DNA of 64,000 bases from Candidatus Eremiobacteria bacterium (GCA_963737065.1 CAVTRC010000001.1:800001-864000); one strand, 5' to 3'. Positions 1 through 9,911 are shown, counted from the stretch's first letter. The notes: generated by a model from the sequence alone, not told the origin. Numbers and translations: made by a program.

Positions 1-1312
1 CTTCGATCGCGCGAATCAGGTCGATCGTTTCAACGTTTCGCCCCGCGTTCTGCTCGACATAGTGCGCGATCGACCGCCAGAATCGGCTCTCCCCGAGTTC
101 GCCGCGCAGCATGTGCAACACCGCGCCGCCTTTCTCATACAGATGACGATCGAAAAGTTCGATCGGATCGATGTAGCGATTGCAGACGATCGGACGACGA
201 TAGCGGTTGCCGTCCTCATCCAAGTACCGAGCAACGCAACCGAACACGTCATAGAGATATTCGTCGTATCCGAGATCTACCTCACGCCAGACGCATTCGA
301 AATATGTCGCAAACCCTTCGTTCAGCCACGCATGCGACCAATCGCGGCACGTCAGCAGATCGCCGAACCACTGGTGCGCGAGCTCGTGCGAAACAAGCGG
401 ATCGCTCGAGAAGTCCAGGTGCGCACGTTCATCATGCAACGTCCGGTCGGTCTGCGTCGTAGCCGACGTGTTTTCCATCCCTCCGAAGATGAACTCGCCG
501 ACTGCAATCTGCGAATACCTCGCGTACGGATACGGGGTTTTGATGCGCTCCTCGAAGGCTTCGATCATCCGCGGTGTGTTGCCAAAGGCGCGTTCTCCGT
601 CCGCTTCGCGTCCGGGCAAGACGTAATACCAGACCGGCACGTTTTGCGTTCCCGCGTTGCGCTGCTGAGTCTCGACAAACGGCCCGGCTACGAGCGTCAT
701 CAAATACGTGGGATGCGCGACGTCTTGGCGATAGACGAACCGCGTGCGGTCGCCGTCGTCCACGCGCTCGACGAGTGCGCCGTTCGCAAGCGCAAACGTC
801 CCTTTCGGGACGACGACGCTGGTCGACGTGGTTTGCTTCGAATGCGGATAGTCGAGGCACGGAAACCAATAGCGTGCGTTTTCATCCTGACTCTGCGTCC
901 ATGCATGACGGTAGCGGTCGGGATATTCGCGCGTCGGTTCGATGAAAAATAAGCCGTGGCGCGGATTGACTGCACGATACGTTGCCGTAAACGTCGCGCG
1001 TTCGCCCGGCGCAATCGGCGGTTCGAATACGATCGCGAGCTTTCCGTCGCGCGAGTCATATCGCTGCGCTTTCCCGTCGCGCTCGACGCGCGAGATCGCA
1101 AGATCGACCGAATTGAGTTCGAGGCGCTCTACTGCTTCATCGAGCGCGCGTACGGTCGTGGTGCAGACGCCTTCGAGCGTCTTCGCTTCGAGATCCGGCT
1201 CAAGATGGAGATCGATGTGCTCGACGATGACCGTTTTATCGGGCCCATAGTGCAAGCCGGCGCCGGGGAGAGCAAATTGACGATGCCCATCCGACTCATC
1301 GCGATATTTCAT
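1..1312 (-). CDS. M1 family zinc aminopeptidase (PepN-like); C-terminal part runs off the window
   Basis: Not in the ORF track. Hand translation of the minus strand from ATG at 1312 gives MKYRDESDGHRQFALPG..., with FIFGGMENTS (GxMEN), HELAHQWFGD (HExxH) and WLNEGFATY motifs. Confidence 0.92.
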   Translation of the reverse strand, partial: MKYRDESDGHRQFALPGAGLHYGPDKTVIVEHIDLHLEPDLEAKTLEGVCTTTVRALDEAVERLELNSVDLAISRVERDGKAQRYDSRDGKLAIVFEPPIAPGERATFTATYRAVNPRHGLFFIEPTREYPDRYRHAWTQSQDENARYWFPCLDYPHSKQTTSTSVVVPKGTFALANGALVERVDDGDRTRFVYRQDVAHPTYLMTLVAGPFVETQQRNAGTQNVPVWYYVLPGREADGERAFGNTPRMIEAFEERIKTPYPYARYSQIAVGEFIFGGMENTSATTQTDRTLHDERAHLDFSSDPLVSHELAHQWFGDLLTCRDWSHAWLNEGFATYFECVWREVDLGYDEYLYDVFGCVARYLDEDGNRYRRPIVCNRYIDPIELFDRHLYEKGGAVLHMLRGELGESRFWRSIAHYVEQNAGRNVETIDLIRAIE

Positions 1313-1317
1313 CGAGG

Positions 1318-2067
1318 TCAGGCGTTTCGCTCGTCGGCTTCGGTCAACCCCCCGGTTATCGCAATGACTGCACCCGTAACGTAATCGCGTTCGCGCGCAA
1401 CGAAAAACCGGACGGCGTCAGCGACGTCTTCGTAACTTCCCGCTCGTCCGCGCGGAACCGGGCTCGTTATCGTCAACGCTTCAACACGATCTACATCCTT
1501 ATGTCGGATGTGACCGGGCTCGATTACGTTCACGGTGACGTTGTGCGCCGCTTCTTCGAGCGCAAGAGATCGCGCAAATGCAACGAGCGCGCTTTTCGCA
1601 GCTTGATGCAGGCTGAACCCGCGAAACGGACGCGTCTCGCTGGAGCCGTTCATTCCGAAGACGACGATGCGTCCGAACTGCGACGCTCGCATGCCGGGGA
1701 GCACGGCGCGGACAGCCAGCACCGCGCTGCGCACATTGCCGTCGAACATCTCGCGGTAGTCGTCCATCGTGAGCCGCGCGAAGCGCTTGACCACCATCGG
1801 GCCGACGCCATGGACCAGGGTGTCGAACGGACCGCACCTTTCCACCAACTCGCCGAGCGCGGCGACGATGTCGTCTTCCGGCGCGGAGAAGTCAATGCAT
1901 GCGGCCGATGGCTGCGCGCCGGCGGCTTCGATTGCGCCCAGCGTTCGATCCGGCGACGTCGTCCGATAGGTGATTGCGACGCGTTCGAATCCGTCGCGCG
2001 CGAGCGCTGCTGCGATCCCGGCCGACATGCCGCTTGCCGCACCGGTAACGAGAGCGTTACGCGACAT
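1318..2067 (-). CDS. SDR family NAD(P)-dependent oxidoreductase
   Basis: ALVTGAASGMS Rossmann motif, VTVNVIEPG, YVTGAVIAITGG; the catalytic YxxxK appears as HQAAK. Confidence 0.9.
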   Translation of the reverse strand: MSRNALVTGAASGMSAGIAAALARDGFERVAITYRTTSPDRTLGAIEAAGAQPSAACIDFSAPEDDIVAALGELVERCGPFDTLVHGVGPMVVKRFARLTMDDYREMFDGNVRSAVLAVRAVLPGMRASQFGRIVVFGMNGSSETRPFRGFSLHQAAKSALVAFARSLALEEAAHNVTVNVIEPGHIRHKDVDRVEALTITSPVPRGRAGSYEDVADAVRFFVARERDYVTGAVIAITGGLTEADERNA

Positions 2068-2115
2068 CGCGCATCCGGCCGTCGCGCTCGAGATGCGCTT
2101 CGGTCCGCATAGTAG

Positions 2116-2145
2116 AGAGGGCGGTTGACTTCACAACCGCCCTCT
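2116..2145. terminator. 12-bp perfect hairpin between the 2185-3240 gene and the SDR gene
   Basis: AGAGGGCGGTTG-acttca-CAACCGCCCTCT; no clear U-tract. Confidence 0.45.
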
Positions 2146-2184
2146 TCCCCCCAACCTAAGAAACAAGCCTTTTGCCGAAGCACG

Positions 2185-3240
2185 CTACATCGTGTAGGTG
2201 TAACTGCGTTCGACTGACGCGCCGTTGGGCGCGATCGATTGGATGAGCACGCGTACCTGCGAACCGCTGATGTTGTTGAGTCGGATGACGGTGCTGAACA
2301 CGCCGTTCGAATCGGCTTGAACGGTCGTTTGATACGCGCCTGTGCCGACTTGGAAGACGCCGAAGGCATTCGCTTGACCGTTGGCGACGATGCGCACGGT
2401 CGAGCCGGGCAGCGTTCGTCCCGAGACATTGAAATTGCCGCCGACATTCGTTCCCGGCGCGGGCGAAATCGCGCGAATATAGTTGCTGCCGCCGGCGCCG
2501 CCCGTCGTGAACGTCCAGCCGGTCGAGAACGATGCTCCGGCTTGCGTCGTGCCGGTCACATGCACCCGATGCGATCCCGCGGGCAGTTCGAACGACGGTG
2601 TGACATCGAATCCGTTCGCGTTGCTATACACGTCATTCGTCACGTCGCGATCGTCGATCCGTACGCGCAATGTGTTTTGCTGGACCGGCTCGGAGAAGGT
2701 TGCGTGAATCGCAGGATTGAGCGTTCCCGTGGAGGCGTTTACGCCCGGATGCTGACTCGAAAGGTAGAACGAACGATTCTGGGCCGGCGCGTTGTTCGAG
2801 CCTCCGCCACCGGTAATCGTGACCGTGCTCGTGTTGTTGTTCCAATCGACGGCTGCGCCGAGCGCTTGCGCGACGAAACGTAACGGCACGAGCGTGCGCG
2901 CGCCGACGAGGAAAGGCGCAACGTCAAGCGATTGCGGTTGTCCGTCGATCGTCGCTTGCGTCGATCCGATATGCAGAGAGATATTGCGGCCGTTGCCCGT
3001 CGCGTTGATGACGCCGTTCGCGTATACGACGCTTGCACCCAGACGTTCGAAGACGCCGCGTAGCGGAACGAAGACGCGACCCGCGCGCTCGACGGGTGGT
3101 TGATCGAACGAAACCGGTTGGCCGTTGACGATAACGCTTACGTTTGCAGCAACCGCAGGCGTCGTTGAGAAGCTAAACAGTGCGACGGGAGCCGCGAATA
3201 TCGCTGCAAGTGCGGTGCGTCGCGCAATCGTGCAGTTCAT
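2185..3240 (-). CDS. Secreted protein with copper amine oxidase-like N-terminal (stalk) domain and C-terminal Ig-like domains
   Basis: Signal peptide (...TPAVA), GRVFVPLRGVFERLGA and RTLVPLRFVAQALGAAVDW motifs; start at 3240 or 3258. Confidence 0.85.
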   Translation of the reverse strand: MNCTIARRTALAAIFAAPVALFSFSTTPAVAANVSVIVNGQPVSFDQPPVERAGRVFVPLRGVFERLGASVVYANGVINATGNGRNISLHIGSTQATIDGQPQSLDVAPFLVGARTLVPLRFVAQALGAAVDWNNNTSTVTITGGGGSNNAPAQNRSFYLSSQHPGVNASTGTLNPAIHATFSEPVQQNTLRVRIDDRDVTNDVYSNANGFDVTPSFELPAGSHRVHVTGTTQAGASFSTGWTFTTGGAGGSNYIRAISPAPGTNVGGNFNVSGRTLPGSTVRIVANGQANAFGVFQVGTGAYQTTVQADSNGVFSTVIRLNNISGSQVRVLIQSIAPNGASVERSYTYTM

Positions 3241-3287
3241 CGCTCGACGTATACCCAACCATGCAGCGGTTAATCACGACCGCGTTG

Positions 3288-6200
3288 CTATGCGTGCGCC
3301 GGAACGTTTGCCTCTTGAAGCTCCCGCTCCACCGCTTTGCGGTCGGCGCGCCGTTCGAAGAATCCCATCCAGGTGTTGTAGATCATCGGCACGAGGAACA
3401 GCGTAAGAATCAGCGAGCTCAACAGGCCGCCGATAATCACGGTACCAATCGCTTGCCGCCATTCCGACCCGGCATCGTAGCCCATCGACAGCGGGAGCAT
3501 GCCGAAAATCATCGCAGCCGTCGTCATGATGATCGGCCGGAATCGCGTCGCCGCAGCCTGCAGAACGGCATCGTGCACGCGCATGCCGCGTTTGCACAGT
3601 GTATTCGAGTAGTCGACGAGCAGAATACCGTTCTTCGCGACGAGGCCGAAGAGCATGACGATACCGAGCATTGAGATGATGTTTAGGGATTGTGCTTGAC
3701 CGCCGGGCAGCTTTCCAAGAACCGCGAGGAACGTGAGCGCACCGATGATTGCGAGCGGCACCGAAAACATGACGATCAGCGGTTCTAGGAATGATCCGTA
3801 CAGGATCACCATGAGCATGTACACGAGCATGAACGACGTGATGAGCGCAATGCCCATGTTTTGGAACGTCTCGACCATGTACTGCGAGTTGCCCTCGGGC
3901 TTGAGACCAACGCCGTCCGGCAACCAGCCCGGCTCTTTCAGCTTCCGCTCGAGCGGTCCGGAAACTTGGCCCAATGAGTACCCGGGAAGCAGATCTCCAA
4001 GCACGTTAACCACGCGTTGGCGGTTCATGCGCTCGATCTTCGTCGGCGCCGTCGTCCAATTGAACGCCGCGACACTGCTCAGCGGCACGAGCGTTCCGTC
4101 TTGCGCGCGCACGCGAACGTTCTTCAGCTGATCCACCGTCGTGCGGTCGGCTAACGGAAACTGAACGCGCACGTCCACGAGGCCCGTCGGCGTGCGGACA
4201 CGCGTGGCAACCGCGCCGTCGACCGCGATGCGCGCGACCGTTGCTGCATCGGAGGGATTGACGCCGAGCAATGCGCAACGCGCACGGTCGATATCGACAT
4301 TGAGCCGAGGCGCACCCATTTCCGCACTCGTTTGCACGTTGACCGTGCCCGGAATACTGCGCAAGTAGCGCGCGACTTCTTCAGCGGCGGGCCCGATTTG
4401 CTCGTCCGGGCCGGTGAGCGCATAGAAAATCGCAGAGCCGTTCCCCGTGTCGCCGGCGACGTTCATTTCGGCGCCGGGCACCAGATAGGCGAGCTTACGG
4501 ATTTGCGAAGACGCGCGGTCGGTTTCTTTGTAGTGCCCCTTTTGCATTTGCACGTTGAGGGTTGCGTAGTTGCCGCCGGTGACGCTGCCGTGACCCGAGC
4601 GTTTGCGTCCAACCGTCGAACTGACCGACTCGACGTTCGCGATCTTTATGATGGCGTTTTCCAGCTGCACGACGTACTTATTGGTCGTTCCAATCGGCGT
4701 GCCGGCCGGATACGTCACCGTCATGTCGATTTCGCCGTCTTGTTGCGCCGGGACGAAATCGGTGCTGACGCCGAGCCAATACATGCCGCCCGCGGCGATC
4801 GCGGGCAGAAGGAACGAAGCGACCATCGTTCCGCGCGAGGTACCGATCGAGCGGAAGAAATTCAACGGCGCAGCCAATCTCCCGAGCGGCTCGCGAGCAA
4901 CGCGGCGAAGAACGAAACCAAGCACGTGTGAGAGCAACAGCGCAACGAGAACCGCGCCGTCCACTGCGAGTGTCGCCATGTGTCCGCCCGCGATGAGCGA
5001 GAGCGCATTGGCGAAGAGCACAGCGCATACGAACACCACGAACTTACCATGACGCAGCCCAAACGGCAGCCACGTATCGCGATAGTGCTGGAGTATCGTA
5101 TCGTAACGGTGCACGAACGCGTTGAGAATCAGCGCGGCAACCACGAAGATCGCGATGACGTTGAGCGTATACAGTCCGGTCACCTGACCGATGCCGAACA
5201 AGACGACCGCCGCGGTAAAGACGATCGCGTCGAGCACACGGTTGTCCAGCGCGACGAGCCATTTTGGCTTCGCTTCCGACCGCCGGCGGACGCTCCACTT
5301 CGCTGCAAGCAGCGGCGTCAGCGTGAACGAGACGAAGAGCGAGAACAAGGTTGCAATCACGACGACCGCGCCGAACTCCTTCAGATACGCGCCTACGATG
5401 CCGGGCAAAAATGCAATCGGCAAAAACACGATGACGTCGACCATCGTAATCGCGACGGCGGCCGAGCCGATTTCCGAGCGCCCGCTGATTGCGGCGTTGA
5501 GCGGATCTTCTCCCATATCGCGGTGACGCGTGATGTTTTCCAGTACGACGATCGAGTCGTCGACCAAGATACCGATGATCAGCGAAAGAGCCATCATCGA
5601 GAGCGAGTCGATGTGAAATTGGAAGAGTCGCATGACGATGAACGTCGCAAAAATCGAGGTCGGGATCGCGAGGAACACGACGACCGCGTTGCGCCACGCG
5701 TGCAGGAAGAGCAGCATCACGAGCGCGGTGAGGAAAATACCTTGCAGCAGCGACCAGCCGACACCGGTGAGCTGCTGGGTCGTATAGTCGGCAGGAGCGT
5801 CGATTTCATGAAACCGCAGCTGCGGGAACTTCGCTTCGATCTTCTTCATCTCGTCGCGCGCAGTTTGCGTGGACTTGATTTGGTCGGCGTTGAGCGTCGG
5901 ATTAATGCTCATGTAGACGCGAGGCTCGCCGTTGAAGCTCGAGATCGTGCGCATTTCGATATGGCTGTCGGAGGCACTCGCCACGTCACCGACGTGCAAG
6001 TTCTTGTTCGACGAAAGCGGCACGGTAAGCGGAATACCGAGGATGTCGCTCGCTTCGTCGATGTACGAATGGACAGCAACGGTCGCTTCCCGAGTCGGCT
6101 GCGTCAGGATACCGCCCGGAACGTTGAGGTTATTGCTGGAAACCGCATTGAAAACGTCTTCGAGCGTAGCGTTCGTCCCGACCAATCGCGTCGGGTCGGG

Positions 6201-6764
6201 CTCAACATGGAATTCGCGATCCGCGGTGCCGTACACGTCGACCGTTTGGACGTTCGGGATTTGTTGGACGAGCGGCGACACTTGGTTGTTGACGACGTCC
6301 GCGATCTGCGGCTGTGTGAGCGAGCGCGAACTGATTGCAATGTCGAGCAGCGGCGGTTCGGACTGCCCTTCCTTACTGACGGTCGGCGGATTGAGATCGG
6401 CAGGCATATAGACCCGCGCCGTGTCGACGCGGCGCTGAACGTCGATCGCTGCGAGGTCGACGTCCGTGCCCATCTTGTACAGTGCAACGACGACCGCCGT
6501 GCCTTCTTGCGCCGTCGCGTCGAGCTCGTCCAGGTTTTCGACGCCGGTCATCTGGTCTTCAATCGGTTTGATGACCATGCGCTCCATGTCTTGCGGCGAG
6601 GCGCCGGGGTAACTCGCGAAGACCACGACCACCGGGAAATTCGTATTCGGCGGGTTCGAACTACGCCCGAGCTGGAAGAACGAGATGGTCCCGAAAATGA
6701 TCAGCGCCGCGAAGACCATAACGGTGATCACCGAACGTTGAATGGCAAAGCGGGTTAACCACAC
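3288..6764 (-). CDS. RND efflux transporter permease (AcrB/SwrC family) with an extra hydrophobic insert
   Basis: GILVDDSIVVLENI, GLVAKNGILLVD and RFRPIIMT motifs; GTG start with AGGAG RBS. Confidence 0.95.
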   Translation of the reverse strand: MWLTRFAIQRSVITVMVFAALIIFGTISFFQLGRSSNPPNTNFPVVVVFASYPGASPQDMERMVIKPIEDQMTGVENLDELDATAQEGTAVVVALYKMGTDVDLAAIDVQRRVDTARVYMPADLNPPTVSKEGQSEPPLLDIAISSRSLTQPQIADVVNNQVSPLVQQIPNVQTVDVYGTADREFHVEPDPTRLVGTNATLEDVFNAVSSNNLNVPGGILTQPTREATVAVHSYIDEASDILGIPLTVPLSSNKNLHVGDVASASDSHIEMRTISSFNGEPRVYMSINPTLNADQIKSTQTARDEMKKIEAKFPQLRFHEIDAPADYTTQQLTGVGWSLLQGIFLTALVMLLFLHAWRNAVVVFLAIPTSIFATFIVMRLFQFHIDSLSMMALSLIIGILVDDSIVVLENITRHRDMGEDPLNAAISGRSEIGSAAVAITMVDVIVFLPIAFLPGIVGAYLKEFGAVVVIATLFSLFVSFTLTPLLAAKWSVRRRSEAKPKWLVALDNRVLDAIVFTAAVVLFGIGQVTGLYTLNVIAIFVVAALILNAFVHRYDTILQHYRDTWLPFGLRHGKFVVFVCAVLFANALSLIAGGHMATLAVDGAVLVALLLSHVLGFVLRRVAREPLGRLAAPLNFFRSIGTSRGTMVASFLLPAIAAGGMYWLGVSTDFVPAQQDGEIDMTVTYPAGTPIGTTNKYVVQLENAIIKIANVESVSSTVGRKRSGHGSVTGGNYATLNVQMQKGHYKETDRASSQIRKLAYLVPGAEMNVAGDTGNGSAIFYALTGPDEQIGPAAEEVARYLRSIPGTVNVQTSAEMGAPRLNVDIDRARCALLGVNPSDAATVARIAVDGAVATRVRTPTGLVDVRVQFPLADRTTVDQLKNVRVRAQDGTLVPLSSVAAFNWTTAPTKIERMNRQRVVNVLGDLLPGYSLGQVSGPLERKLKEPGWLPDGVGLKPEGNSQYMVETFQNMGIALITSFMLVYMLMVILYGSFLEPLIVMFSVPLAIIGALTFLAVLGKLPGGQAQSLNIISMLGIVMLFGLVAKNGILLVDYSNTLCKRGMRVHDAVLQAAATRFRPIIMTTAAMIFGMLPLSMGYDAGSEWRQAIGTVIIGGLLSSLILTLFLVPMIYNTWMGFFERRADRKAVERELQEANVPAHA

Positions 6765-6955
6765 AGTAGAGACTCCTAGGAACGAGCTACTCGCACTACG
6801 TGCGAAGGGTGCCCGTTGTTTCGCCGGCTCTTGGTTTCTTAGTTGAGCGTAACATTCCGAACCCTAACGATCACTGAAGCCGTGATCAATGGGATATCAA
6901 ACGGCGTCACCGGGTATTCTCGACGCCTTCATGAGGCGCATTAGCGCCCGAGGGG

Positions 6956-7200
6956 ATGCTGACGAAGTTCCTTGCCAAAGTGCTCGTCCTGTGAATCGTC
7001 CTGGTCGCGCTCGGCCTACCGTTCACCGCGGGACATTCGTGGCGACGGCGGGCGCGTTCTTTTCGGATCCTGCGCTCGCATGGGTAACCGGCATCTTCAC
7101 GATGCTGGTTTGGCTCATACTCGCTGTGCTCCACAAGCGATCGAGCGGCGGGGTGCTCTCCGTGACACCTCTACGGCCGCTTGCGACTAAAAACGCTTAA
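6956..7200 (+). pseudogene. Degraded small integral membrane protein gene
   Basis: GAGGGG RBS and ATG 6956 give MLTKFLAKVLVL, then TGA at 6992, then IVLVALGL; a frameshift leads into ...FFSDPALAWVTGIFTMLVWLILAVLHKRSSGG. Confidence 0.55.
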
Positions 7201-7227
7201 GGCTTTCCGTATTGCGCGACCAACTGA

Positions 7228-7380
7228 TCAGCTGTCGCGCCTCCGGTTCGCTACCGTGAGCGCGGTCCCAAAAGCGACCCCAACGGCGATTCCGATCGCG
7301 AGTTGATGCATCGCAACGCCGACGCCCGCCCCAAGCGCGATTCCGAGAGCCAAATAGTTTCCCGACCACCTTCGCTTCAT
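7228..7380 (-). CDS. 50-aa glycine-zipper-like small membrane protein
   Basis: GGAGGTGAC RBS then ATG 7380; MKRRWSGNYLALGIALGAGVGVAMHQLAIGIAVGVAFGTAL... Confidence 0.7.
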   Translation of the reverse strand: MKRRWSGNYLALGIALGAGVGVAMHQLAIGIAVGVAFGTALTVANRRRDS

Positions 7381-7399
7381 GTCACCTCCAGGGAATTCG

Positions 7400-7683
7400 A
7401 TCCAAATGCTCCACGTCAGATGCGCCGCGGAGGGAAGACGAAACATTACGCGCGCTACGACGAACGCGTATCGACACGTTCTGCGCAGAATGGGCACGGC
7501 GAATCTTCTGATTCGCGAAGACTTCGCGAATCGCCATCCGGCGAGGACAGCTTCATCCTCGCCGCTGCCCGTCGATCACGTGCGATCGCGTACATCAACG
7601 GCGTCATCAAACGCAACGTACGTCCGAAACACGGCGCGGAACTTCAGATCGAAGGCGCCGTCTGGGACGAGTCGCCGCTGTAA
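7400..7683 (+). pseudogene. Possible gene remnant of unknown family
   Basis: Protein-like segments in two frames (LLIREDFANRH / GEDSFILAAARRSRAIAYINGVIKRN...WDESPL*) with no clear start. Confidence 0.25.
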
Positions 7684-7696
7684 TCACGCGCAATAC

Positions 7697-7732
7697 AAAA
7701 CGACCGAGCCCGAAGCTTTCGCTTCAGGCTCG
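7697..7732 (-). terminator. Intrinsic terminator downstream of tRNA-Leu
   Basis: CGAGCC-CGAAGC-tttc-GCTTCA-GGCTCG hairpin, followed by TTTT on the minus strand. Confidence 0.65.
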
Positions 7733-7742
7733 ACCCTGAATA

Positions 7743-7826
7743 TGCGCGAGGCGAGACTCGAACTCACACAAGATTTCTCCCGCCAGCACCTCAAGCTGGT
7801 GCGTCTACCAATTCCGCCACTCGCGC
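7743..7826 (-). tRNA. tRNA-Leu(GAG); CCA not encoded
   Basis: Reverse complement GCGCGAGTGGCGGAATTGGTAGACGCACCAGCTT-GAG-GTGCTGGCGGGAGAAATCTTGTGTGAGTTCGAGTCTCGCCTCGCGCA: D-loop, anticodon stem CCAGC/GCTGG, long variable arm, TTCGA loop. Confidence 0.96.
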
Positions 7827-7889
7827 ACGGGGACTAAAACATACGTTAAACCGACGGCTGAGCCCTCGGGCAACTGCGCTACAATACGG

Positions 7890-8834
7890 CTATTTCATGT
7901 TCGGGTCAAGGGCGTCGCGCAGGCCGTCGCCGATGTAGTTGATTGCGAGCACCGTCACGAGGATACACAAGCCGGGAAAGACGGCGGCCCACCAGGCAAT
8001 CTGCAGATTCGCTTGAGCGTTTGCCAGCATGTTGCCCCACGACGCCGTCGGCGGCTGGATGCCGAAGCCGAGGAACGAGAGGGTTGATTCCAAGACGATC
8101 ACGTTCGCGACGTCGAGCGTCGCTTGCACGACGATCGGCGCCACGGCGTTCGGAAGCAGGTGCCGAAAGATGATGCGCGCGTCGTTGTTGCCGACGGCTC
8201 GCGCGGCTTCGGCGAATTCGCGTTCGCGTAGCGTCAGAAATGACGCGCGCACGAGACGCGCGACCGACGGCCACGACAGCGCACCGATGATGAGCACGAT
8301 CACGCCGAAACTGAGCGCTGCTTTCGACGAACTTGCAGCTACGATGGCGGTGAGTACCAACAACAACGGCAGGAGGGGAATCGACAAGAATACGTCGGTG
8401 ATGCGCATTAGAATCCAATCGACCCAACCGCCGTAATAGCCGGCGACCGCGCCGAGAATCGTCCCGATGATGCACTCGATGATGACGGTAAAAATGCCGA
8501 CCTCGAGCGAGATGCGCGCGCCGAAGAACAATCGCGAGAGCAGATCGCGTCCCACTTCGTCCGTGCCGAGGGAGTGACCGCCGCACTGTGACGCGTCTTG
8601 AAAGCACGGCGGCAGCGGATTGCCTTGCCAATGAACGTTGTCGATAAAATTGGGATCGAACGGCGAGAGTTGCTTTGCGAATATCGCAACGAGCAACATC
8701 AGGATCAGCACGACGAATCCGGCGACCGCGAGCTTGTGGCGGCGCAAACGCGTCCAGAATGTAACTTTGGTATAGACGACCTCTTCGTCGTCAAACGGCG
8801 TCGTCGGTATCGGAGCTTGAACCGTGCTTGCCAT
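7890..8834 (-). CDS. oppC: Peptide ABC transporter permease (OppC/DppC family)
   Basis: LGTDEVGRDLLSRL, EAARAVG (EAA loop), LSFLGFGIQPPTASWG. Confidence 0.92.
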   Translation of the reverse strand: MASTVQAPIPTTPFDDEEVVYTKVTFWTRLRRHKLAVAGFVVLILMLLVAIFAKQLSPFDPNFIDNVHWQGNPLPPCFQDASQCGGHSLGTDEVGRDLLSRLFFGARISLEVGIFTVIIECIIGTILGAVAGYYGGWVDWILMRITDVFLSIPLLPLLLVLTAIVAASSSKAALSFGVIVLIIGALSWPSVARLVRASFLTLREREFAEAARAVGNNDARIIFRHLLPNAVAPIVVQATLDVANVIVLESTLSFLGFGIQPPTASWGNMLANAQANLQIAWWAAVFPGLCILVTVLAINYIGDGLRDALDPNMK

Positions 8835-8844
8835 AGATGCAGCC

Positions 8845-9822
8845 CTAATCGTACTTCACACGCGGATCGAGCCACGCGTAGAGTACGTCGGCAAGCAGAT
8901 TCGAAAAGACGACGAGGAACGCAAGAATCAACAAATAGCCCATCATCAGCGCGATGTCGCTCTGCTGCAGCGCATTGTAGAACATGCGCCCCGCGCCGGG
9001 CCACGCGAAGATCGTCTCGGTTACGATCGCGCCGCCCAACACACCCGGCAACGATAGCGCAAGAATCGTAACCACCGGAATGAGCGCATTCTTTAAACCG
9101 TGCTTGAAGAGGATCGTGCGGCCGTCGAGACCTTTCGCCGCCGCGGTTCGCATGTAGTCGGTCTTCATCACTTCGAGTAACGACGAACGCATGAAGCGGC
9201 TATACAACGCGAGCGACAAGAGTGAGAGCACGATGACCGGCAACACGAGGTGCGCGACGCGGTCGCCGAGATCGAATGTATCGCTTCCGTTGCTGATGCC
9301 GGCCGACGGTAACTGAATCATGTATCCGCCGGGCAGCGGAATACCGTGCACCGCGAACGCGAGCTGCAGCATCAAGGCGAACCAAAAGACGGGCATCGAT
9401 TGCCCAAAGAACGCAAACGTCGTGATGAAGTAATCGGCGAACGAATACGGCCGCACTGCTGAAAAAATGCCCGCCGAAAGTCCGACCAGCACCGAGAAAA
9501 CGAACGACGTTACCATCAACTCGAGCGTCGCGGGGAGACGCTCGAGGATCGCATCGAGCACCGGCTGCGAGTTACTCGTCGAGTATCCGAAATCGCCGTG
9601 CAATACGGTGAGAAGCCAGTGCCAATAACGGATGGGCAGCGGCTGATCGAGACCGAGATTGTGTTTCAGGCGTTCGATATCGGCAGGAGTGATGTGAGGG
9701 TTCTGAAGGTACGGCGCCAACGGCCCGCCGGGCGCGTTGTTGAGAATAACGTACAGAATGATCGAGATAAGAATGAGTAGCGGAATGGCTTGAAGCGTCC
9801 GCCGTACCACGTAGTTGAAGAT
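8845..9822 (-). CDS. oppB: Peptide ABC transporter permease (OppB/DppB family); probable ATC start
   Basis: LGLDQPLPIRY, DYMRTAAAKGL, YAWLDPRVKY; GGAGG SD lies 9 nt before ATC at 9822 (ORF track uses GTG at 9810). Confidence 0.92.
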   Translation of the reverse strand: MFNYVVRRTLQAIPLLILISIILYVILNNAPGGPLAPYLQNPHITPADIERLKHNLGLDQPLPIRYWHWLLTVLHGDFGYSTSNSQPVLDAILERLPATLELMVTSFVFSVLVGLSAGIFSAVRPYSFADYFITTFAFFGQSMPVFWFALMLQLAFAVHGIPLPGGYMIQLPSAGISNGSDTFDLGDRVAHLVLPVIVLSLLSLALYSRFMRSSLLEVMKTDYMRTAAAKGLDGRTILFKHGLKNALIPVVTILALSLPGVLGGAIVTETIFAWPGAGRMFYNALQQSDIALMMGYLLILAFLVVFSNLLADVLYAWLDPRVKYD

Positions 9823-9911
9823 CGAAGGAACCCTCCAACGTCCGAGAGCTTTAGGCTCAAAACGAACCGCGCTCAGTTATCATGACAGGGCCTTGAACCC
9901 TGCAGGCGTCG

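Noticed and set aside
62..1384. Plus-strand ORFs 62-952 and 956-1384
   Set aside because: Antisense shadows of the M1 aminopeptidase on the minus strand
4980..6758. Long antisense ORFs (also 22719-24263, 29165-30217, 40272-42023, 60404-61945, 62018-63439)
   Set aside because: They overlap well-supported genes, carry no motifs, and are expected in high-GC DNA
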